The position numbers and the translations under genes were made by a program. This document shows positions 18,413 to 24,000 of a DNA stretch of 24,000 bases, piece by piece. The notes beneath the pieces were generated by a model, which was given only the letters and a program-made list of their open reading frames with translations, searched no databases and was not told the origin of the DNA. Each line of letters begins with the position of its first letter. Position 1 is the stretch's first letter. The stretch comes from Parahaliea mediterranea (GTDB taxonomy: Bacteria; Pseudomonadota; Gammaproteobacteria; Pseudomonadales; Halieaceae): contig NZ_JAFKCZ010000008.1 of assembly GCF_017255185.1 (NCBI RefSeq), positions 83,714 to 107,713 of the forward strand. Direction: 5' to 3'.

Positions 18413-19951
18413 TTACGCCGCCCGATTCGAGGCCTTGGGTTCGCTGCCAGCCGATGATGCCGCCAGCGACTGGCGAAACGCCACGCCATCGTCATCGGCA
18501 AAGGCGGTTTCGCGCCAGTGGGCCACGGCCGCCGCGGACGCCCCGCCCTGCTCCGCCCGCGCCAGGATATCGGCCACCTGGGCGCTGGTGCGCGCGCGGG
18601 TGTCGCCGTATCCCTTCACCAGCCGACCGCACTCCGCCAGCTCGCGGGCCAAATCCAGATCGTCTCCCTGCGCCGCGCGGCGGATCGCCTGCAGCCAGCG
18701 CCCGATCAGCGCGTGCTCCTCGGCGTAGGCGAGACTGCGGCGCCGCCAGCGCCGCAGGCCAGCCAGAATGCGCAGCACCAGGAATACGCCAATGGTATTG
18801 GTGCGCAGCTTCTTGCCGCCGGTGAAGCGGCCGATCACGGCGCTGGCGGGGCGCGAGGATTGCACTGCGCGCCCCAGTCCCGCGGGCAGCATGCCGCAGA
18901 CTTCCTCCACCCGGGGGCGGAAGAACTCGGTCACGTCGAAAAGCTGCCCGGGCTCGGCCTTGACCTCGTCGCGGACCTTGTCCATGCGCGAGGCGCGGGT
19001 TTTCAACTGCGCCACCCGGGGGATATCCTCGAAACACATCCACAGCGCCAGGTAGCGCGCGGTCTCCCGGGTCAACTGGTGGTCGCCGGCGCCGTCATCG
19101 CGCTCGTGAATGTCTTCCAGCTCGTCCAGGTACTGCCCGGCATAGGCGTAGTCCTGGTAGTCCACCAGCTTGAGCAGGCCCCGGTACAGGACCTCGTGAC
19201 AGTTCTCGGGAAAGACCCGCAGGCGCGCCAGCAGCTGCTCGCCCTCGGGGCTGTGCGCTTGCGGCAGCGCAAAGCCCGCGGCCGGCTCCGCCGCCTTGGC
19301 CGGCTCGAACTGCTGGACCCCGCGCGCCTGGGCCGCCTGGTAGCTGGCGTTGAAGGCCGCGAGGTTGGTTTTCACGGCCTTGCCGGAGGCCTCGATGGCG
19401 GCGATGAAACTCTCCCGGCGAAAGGGCAGCACCCCCGAACCGGCCAGCGCCCCCAGCATCACCGCGGAGATCACCGCATTGTGCGCCTTGGCCAGCGCCG
19501 CCATGTCGAAGTGGATGTAATCCCTGGCGTAGCGGCCGGCAATGGCCTGCACCGCGGCGGGGTCGATGGTGCCATCCCCCAGGTTGATCTTCTCGGTGAT
19601 GCCGTAGACCCGGTGATCCGAGGCGATCAGCGTGGTGCGGTCCGGGGTCACAAAGCCCCGCTGCACCATGCGCCCGGCCTCCGCCACTTCCGAGGCAATG
19701 GCCACGTCGATGTCGCCCTGGGCGGGAAACAGGGACATCACCGGCCGCTCGCCCTCGGGGATGTCGCCGCGGGGGTACATCTCCAGGTAGTAAATAGTGG
19801 CGCCGGTGCGCTGGGCCACCCCCGCGAGGAAGGTGCTCTGGCACAGCCAGCCCTCGCTGTTAGCCACGTCGATCACCCAGTTGGTGAATACGCCGCCGCC
19901 CTCGCCACCCAGGGCGGCGACAACCATGTTGATGGTACGTTGTTTGGTCAT
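18413..19951 (-). CDS. iorB: Indolepyruvate/2-oxoacid:ferredoxin oxidoreductase, beta (IorB-like) subunit family protein
   Basis: 512 aa. The N-terminus INMVVAALGGEGGGVFTNWVIDVA...GVAQRTGATIYYLEM...AQGDIDVAIASEVAEAGR is typical of the pyruvate/ketoisovalerate oxidoreductase gamma-type domain of IorB. A long C-terminal extension follows. The ATG 19951 forms an ATGA overlap with the iorA stop. Confidence 0.8.
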   Translation of the reverse strand: MTKQRTINMVVAALGGEGGGVFTNWVIDVANSEGWLCQSTFLAGVAQRTGATIYYLEMYPRGDIPEGERPVMSLFPAQGDIDVAIASEVAEAGRMVQRGFVTPDRTTLIASDHRVYGITEKINLGDGTIDPAAVQAIAGRYARDYIHFDMAALAKAHNAVISAVMLGALAGSGVLPFRRESFIAAIEASGKAVKTNLAAFNASYQAAQARGVQQFEPAKAAEPAAGFALPQAHSPEGEQLLARLRVFPENCHEVLYRGLLKLVDYQDYAYAGQYLDELEDIHERDDGAGDHQLTRETARYLALWMCFEDIPRVAQLKTRASRMDKVRDEVKAEPGQLFDVTEFFRPRVEEVCGMLPAGLGRAVQSSRPASAVIGRFTGGKKLRTNTIGVFLVLRILAGLRRWRRRSLAYAEEHALIGRWLQAIRRAAQGDDLDLARELAECGRLVKGYGDTRARTSAQVADILARAEQGGASAAAVAHWRETAFADDDGVAFRQSLAASSAGSEPKASNRAA

Positions 19952-22128
19952 AGCGTTCCGGCCGCCTGTTGGTCGTCATCGCGCGACTGCATCCAGCCGA
20001 TCACGGTCTGTCGTAACTTGCCCATCATCCGATCGCGCCAGCTGGGGTTGTACACCAGGTCGACGCGGGAAAAGGACGGGCACAGGATCGCCGAGTGCAC
20101 GTTCTCGCCGCACACGCCGCAGCCCACGCAACTGTTGTCGACGTAGGAAACGGGATCCTTGCGCAGGGGGTCCGGGTTGGGCTTGATGGTCAGCGAGGGG
20201 CAGCCCGACAGGCGGATACAGGCGTGATCCCCGGTACAGGTCTCGGCATCCACCATGAAACGGGCACGCAGGGTGCGCTTGCCATCGGCGATGGAGCGCT
20301 TCATCAGCGGCTTGATGCGCCGCTGCCGGTTGAGCATGCACTCGCCCTCGGCGATGATCACCTTGAGGCCGCCCTCGTCGGTGGTCAGCGCCTCGCGCAG
20401 GGTGTTTTTCATCGCCTCGATATTGTAGGTGCTCACGGTGCGAATCCAGCGCACGCCGGCGCCGCGGCAGGCGTCCTCGATCGGCTGCTGGTCCTCCCGT
20501 GCCGGGGCGTCGGTATCGATGGTGGTGGCGATGATCTTGTTCGGCTCCACCAGCGAGGGAATGTCCTGGCCCCCGGTGGCGGCGGCGTAGCCGTTGTCGA
20601 CGATGATCAACAGGCCGTCGTGCTTGTTGAACACGGCACTGGTCACGCCACTGGTCAGGCCGTTGTGCCAGAAGCCGCCGTCGCCCATGATGCTGATCGA
20701 CTTGTGCGGCAGGGTGTGGCGAATACTGGAGGAACTGGCCAGGGACAGGCCGTAACCCATGATGGTATTGCCCAGGTTAAAGGGCGCCAGGGTGGCGAAG
20801 GAGTGACAGCCGATGTCGGAACTGATGTGAAACGGCCCCAGCTCCTTCTGCACCTGCTTGACCGCCGAAAACAGCGGGCGCTCCGGGCACCCGGTGCAGA
20901 GGCCCGACGGCCGCGGCGGCACGTTGCTCAGCAATTCCCGCTGGTCGTCCTCGGACAGCGGTGTTTCCATCGCCGCCACGGCGGCACTGCCCAGCGCCGG
21001 CGTCATACCCGCCGCCTCCAGGAAGCGTGCAATGCCGAGCAGCATCACCTGCCCGGTGTACTCGCCCGCCATCGGCATGATGTCCTTGCCGTACACCCGG
21101 GTCTGCACATCGGCCCGGCGCAGCACCGTATTGATCCCCTGCTCGACATATTCCGGCTGGCCTTCCTCCAGCACCAACACCTGCTTCTTGTCGGCGCAGA
21201 ACTGGACCAGCTCGTCCGGTACCAGCGGGTAGGCCACGTTCATCACGTAGATGGGTATGTCGGAATTGCCGAGTACGTCGGACAGGCCCTGGCGCTGCAG
21301 GGCGCGCACCAGGGTGTTGTAGCAACCCCCCTGTACGATAATGCCGAGGTCGCCGTGCTTGCCGGGGAAGAACTCGTTGAGTTTGCGCTCTTTGATGAAT
21401 TCAATCGCCGCCGGCAGGCGCTGTGCGATTTTCTCGCGCTCGTGGGCGTAGACATTGGGCGGCAGGATGATCTTGTCCGCCTCGCGATTGGGGATGACCG
21501 GATTGCTGTCGCTGTACCGCGGGGGCACGTTGTCGTGGGCGACAAATTCACCCGAAACGTGGCAACCGCGAATCCGCATCATGAAGAACAGCGGCGTATT
21601 GCTGGCCTCCGACAGTTCGAAGCCCTTCTCCACCATGTCCACGATGCTGGGCAGGTTGGGCCTGGGGTCCAACAGCCACATCTGCGCCTTCATGGCGAAG
21701 GCGTAGGTGCGCTCCTGCATGATGCTGGAGCCCTCGCCGTAGTCCTCGCCGACGATCACCATGGCGCCGCCGGTCACGCCGGAGGAGGCCAGGTTGGACA
21801 GGGCGTCCGAGGCGACATTGGTGCCCACGGTGGATTTCCAGGTCACGGCGCCGCGCAGCGGGTAATTGATCGACGCACTGAGCATCGCCGCCGCAGTCGC
21901 CTCGCTGCCCGCCGCCTCGAAGTGTACCCCCAGCTCGCCCAGGATATCCTGGGCGTCGTTGAGCACATCCATCAACGCGGAAATCGGCGCGCCCTGGTAG
22001 CCGCTGACATAGGACACCCCGGACTGCAGCAGCGCCTTGGTGATGGCGAGGATGCCCTCGCCCTTGAACACCTCGCCGTCGCCGGCGCGCAGCTTCAGGA
22101 CTTCCTCGGCAAAGGAACGTTCAGCCAT
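19948..22128 (-). CDS. iorA: Indolepyruvate/2-oxoacid:ferredoxin oxidoreductase, alpha (IorA-like) subunit, TPP and Fe-S binding
   Basis: 726 aa. TPP motif IMGDGGFWHNGLTSGVTSAVFNKHDGLLIIVDNGYAAATGGQ (GDG...N). C-terminal Cys clusters ETCTGDHACIRLSGCPS and NSCVGCGVCGENVHSAILCPS (CxxCxxC...CP). The N-terminal pyrimidine-binding domain reads SGYQGAPIS...GEDYGEGSS. Confidence 0.85.
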   Translation of the reverse strand: MAERSFAEEVLKLRAGDGEVFKGEGILAITKALLQSGVSYVSGYQGAPISALMDVLNDAQDILGELGVHFEAAGSEATAAAMLSASINYPLRGAVTWKSTVGTNVASDALSNLASSGVTGGAMVIVGEDYGEGSSIMQERTYAFAMKAQMWLLDPRPNLPSIVDMVEKGFELSEASNTPLFFMMRIRGCHVSGEFVAHDNVPPRYSDSNPVIPNREADKIILPPNVYAHEREKIAQRLPAAIEFIKERKLNEFFPGKHGDLGIIVQGGCYNTLVRALQRQGLSDVLGNSDIPIYVMNVAYPLVPDELVQFCADKKQVLVLEEGQPEYVEQGINTVLRRADVQTRVYGKDIMPMAGEYTGQVMLLGIARFLEAAGMTPALGSAAVAAMETPLSEDDQRELLSNVPPRPSGLCTGCPERPLFSAVKQVQKELGPFHISSDIGCHSFATLAPFNLGNTIMGYGLSLASSSSIRHTLPHKSISIMGDGGFWHNGLTSGVTSAVFNKHDGLLIIVDNGYAAATGGQDIPSLVEPNKIIATTIDTDAPAREDQQPIEDACRGAGVRWIRTVSTYNIEAMKNTLREALTTDEGGLKVIIAEGECMLNRQRRIKPLMKRSIADGKRTLRARFMVDAETCTGDHACIRLSGCPSLTIKPNPDPLRKDPVSYVDNSCVGCGVCGENVHSAILCPSFSRVDLVYNPSWRDRMMGKLRQTVIGWMQSRDDDQQAAGTL

Positions 22129-22134
22129 ATAAAT

Positions 22135-22926
22135 TTACCCCTGGGGTACCAGCGCCAGCACCCGCGCCGGGCTGCCGGAGCCGTTCTTGATCTTGAGCGG
22201 CGCGGCGATCAGGATCGCGCCGGTGGGCGGCAGCTGGTCCAGGTTGCACAGGCTGGCCAGGCCGCACTTGTTGGCGCCGTGCATCAGGTTGTGGCAGGGA
22301 AACATCGGGTCCTGCGCCGGCGCCTGGCCGGCGTCGGTGCCCACGGTTTCCACGCCGACACCGATCACGTCGCGCTCCTCCGCCAAAAATACCACCGTGG
22401 CCGGATCCCAGCCCGGGGTGTGGCTGCCGTCATCCTGTGCATTAAGGTATTCCTCGTTAGAGGCTTTCTTCGACCAATCGGTGCGGTACAGCACCCAGGA
22501 GCCGGCGGGGATCTCGCCGTGGCGCTCCTCCCAGGCCTTGATGAAATCGACACTCATCAGGAAATCCGGGTCGGCGGCGGATTCCGCCACCGCGTCGATC
22601 ACCACCGCGGGGGCCACAAAACGCTCCGGCGGCAGGGTGTCGGTGGCGTGGTTTTCGTGGTCCTTGCCGGTCACCCAGTGGATGGGCGCGTCGAAGTGGG
22701 TACCGGTGTGCTCGCCGCACTTCAGGTTGTTCCAGTACCAGGCGGGCCCCTTCTCGTCGTAGCGTGAAATCTGCTCCATGCTGAAGGGCCAGGACTCGCC
22801 CCAGCCGAATTCGGTGGGCAACTGAAGGATCGGCGTATCCGGCGACAGCGTGGCTGTCAGGTCGACGATACGCACCTTGCCGCTGGCAAGGCCCAGTGCG
22901 AGTTCAGTCAGAACGGAATCGGTCAT
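22135..22926 (-). CDS. Cyclase-family metal-dependent amidohydrolase (kynurenine formamidase / isatin hydrolase family)
   Basis: ORF 22135..22962(-), trimmed to ATG 22926 (GGGGAGAA 5 nt upstream). It carries the family motif HTGTHFDAPIHW (HxGTHxDxPxH). Only 6 nt separate its stop from the iorA ATG, so the two genes share an operon. Confidence 0.8.
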   Translation of the reverse strand: MTDSVLTELALGLASGKVRIVDLTATLSPDTPILQLPTEFGWGESWPFSMEQISRYDEKGPAWYWNNLKCGEHTGTHFDAPIHWVTGKDHENHATDTLPPERFVAPAVVIDAVAESAADPDFLMSVDFIKAWEERHGEIPAGSWVLYRTDWSKKASNEEYLNAQDDGSHTPGWDPATVVFLAEERDVIGVGVETVGTDAGQAPAQDPMFPCHNLMHGANKCGLASLCNLDQLPPTGAILIAAPLKIKNGSGSPARVLALVPQG

Positions 22927-22982
22927 GCTTATTCTCCCCGGTATGCTGGCTATATTTTCCACGGTTTACCCGCGCTTCGGGT

Positions 22983-23012
22983 GGATTATATTTTAGACCT
23001 AAAATATAATCC
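22983..23012. promoter_or_regulatory. Operator copy 3: perfect 30-bp palindrome GGATTATATTTTAG-AC-CTAAAATATAATCC carrying two divergent TATAAT boxes
   Basis: Perfect 14-bp arms. The core 22988..23007, ATATTTTAGACCTAAAATAT, matches copies 1 and 2. A plus-strand TATAAT at 23005..23010 faces ridA. A minus-strand TATAAT at 22990..22985 faces the cyclase-iorAB operon. Confidence 0.7.
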
Positions 23013-23046
23013 AGTGCCTTAACCGCTAAATCACCTGGAGCACGAT

Positions 23047-23439
23047 ATGCATATCTCCCTGTTACCCGAAGGCTGGCCGCGCCCCAAAGGCTACTCAAAC
23101 GCCATTCTCGCGCGCGGCAACGAGACCATCTTCGTCGGCGGACAGATAGGCTGGAATTCGGATTTCGTATTCGAAAGCAATGACTTCACCGACCAGGTCA
23201 AGCAGGCGCTGACGAATATCACCGACATCCTGGCCAGCGCCGACGCCGGCCCCGAGCACATCACGCGCATGACCTGGTATATCACCGACAAGCAGGCCTA
23301 TGTCAACAACCTCCGCGGCATCGGCGCCGCCTACCGCGAGGTCATGGGCAAGCATTTTCCGGCGATGAGTGTTGTAGAGGTCAGCGCATTGATAGAAGAT
23401 GAGGCCCTCGTGGAAATAGAAGTCACAGCCGTGAAGTGA
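23047..23439 (+). CDS. ridA: RidA/YjgF/L-PSP family enamine/imine deaminase
   Basis: 130 aa. [25 protein letters not shown]...[10 protein letters not shown]...[25 protein letters not shown] is the typical RidA fold sequence. GGAG lies 7 nt upstream of the ATG. Confidence 0.85.
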   Translation: MHISLLPEGWPRPKGYSNAILARGNETIFVGGQIGWNSDFVFESNDFTDQVKQALTNITDILASADAGPEHITRMTWYITDKQAYVNNLRGIGAAYREVMGKHFPAMSVVEVSALIEDEALVEIEVTAVK

Positions 23440-23444
23440 GCCTT

Positions 23445-24000
23445 ATGACAGAAACCGTAAGTTATCGCCGCGATGGCGACATTGGCATCGTTTGTATTGA
23501 CAACCCGCCGGTCAACGCCCTCTCCCACAGTGTGCGCAGCGGGCTGATGGCGGCGCTGGAGCAATCCTCCGCCGACGACAGCCGCGCCCTGGTCGTACAC
23601 TGCGCCGGGCGCACCTTTATCGCCGGCGCGGATATCACCGAGTTTGGCAAGCCGCCCCGGGAGCCCATCCTGGGCGAGGTGCTCGCGCGCCTGGACGCGC
23701 ACGACAAGCTAACCGTGGCGGCCGTGCACGGCACCGCCCTCGGCGGCGGCCTGGAGACCGCCCTGTGCTGCCACTACCGCTGCGCCCTGCCCTCGGCGAA
23801 GGTCGGCCTGCCGGAAGTCAAACTGGGCCTGCTGCCCGGCGCCGGCGGCACCCAGCGCACGCCGCGTCTCACCGGCCTGGAGACCGCCCTGGAACTGATT
23901 ACCAGCGGCAACCCGATGCCCGCCCCGCGGGCCGCCGACGCCGGCCTGGTGGATAAAGTCATCGAGGGCGACGACCTGCTCGCCGGCGCGCTGGCCTACA
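23445..24000 (+). CDS. Multifunctional enoyl-CoA hydratase / 3-hydroxyacyl-CoA dehydrogenase (FadB/FadJ-like), N-terminal part; continues past the window
   Basis: Not in the track because no stop lies in the window. My translation from ATG 23445 gives [142 protein letters not shown]... This is a crotonase domain of the type found at the N-terminus of ~700-aa FadB-like proteins. Confidence 0.8.
   Translation, partial: MTETVSYRRDGDIGIVCIDNPPVNALSHSVRSGLMAALEQSSADDSRALVVHCAGRTFIAGADITEFGKPPREPILGEVLARLDAHDKLTVAAVHGTALGGGLETALCCHYRCALPSAKVGLPEVKLGLLPGAGGTQRTPRLTGLETALELITSGNPMPAPRAADAGLVDKVIEGDDLLAGALAY

Noticed and set aside
17401-18728. ORFs with repeating peptides across the repeat array: 18005..18457(+), 18150..18728(+), 18071..18376(-), 17401..18159(-).
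   Set aside because: The periodic peptide repeats (for example SGGMNSALQGAPSAPC) are simply translations of the 72-73-bp tandem DNA unit on both strands. There is no independent coding signal.

Overview
High-GC proteobacterial window with no rRNA, tRNA, CRISPR or transposase genes. It reads as an aryl-CoA catabolic island made of two modules. Left module (1-9383) covers phenylacetate catabolism and its control: paaK (partial, minus strand, missing from the ORF track), paaY and divergent paaX. These are followed by a TonB-dependent receptor, an E. coli-type penicillin G acylase homologue with a lipoprotein signal, and a convergent secreted amidase-signature amidase. Right module (9459-24000) looks like one MarR-controlled regulon. 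It holds an atypical old-yellow-enzyme paralogue, marR, and a fused FAD-monooxygenase/OYE-reductase of the 2-aminobenzoyl-CoA monooxygenase/reductase (salicylyl-CoA 5-hydroxylase-like) type. After that come an SDR, a crotonase, an acyl-CoA dehydrogenase and two overlapping MaoC hot-dog proteins. On the opposite strand sits a cyclase-family hydrolase/iorA/iorB operon, divergent from ridA and a fadB-like gene (partial). Three intergenic promoters in this module carry the same palindrome, ATATTTTA-N4-TAAAATAT. One copy is a perfect 30-bp palindrome with a TATAAT box in each arm. The 449-bp gap between the convergent MaoC and iorB genes is entirely filled by 13 alternating REP-like hairpins (BIME-like array, about 72-73 bp period). 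Most interesting hypothesis: the cyclase (isatin hydrolase or kynurenine formamidase family) plus the IorAB-type 2-oxoacid:ferredoxin oxidoreductase deliver a 2-aminophenyl 2-oxoacid directly as 2-aminobenzoyl-CoA to the monooxygenase/reductase, with no CoA ligase needed. All functional calls come from reading the translated ORFs and recalling family motifs; no database search was possible.
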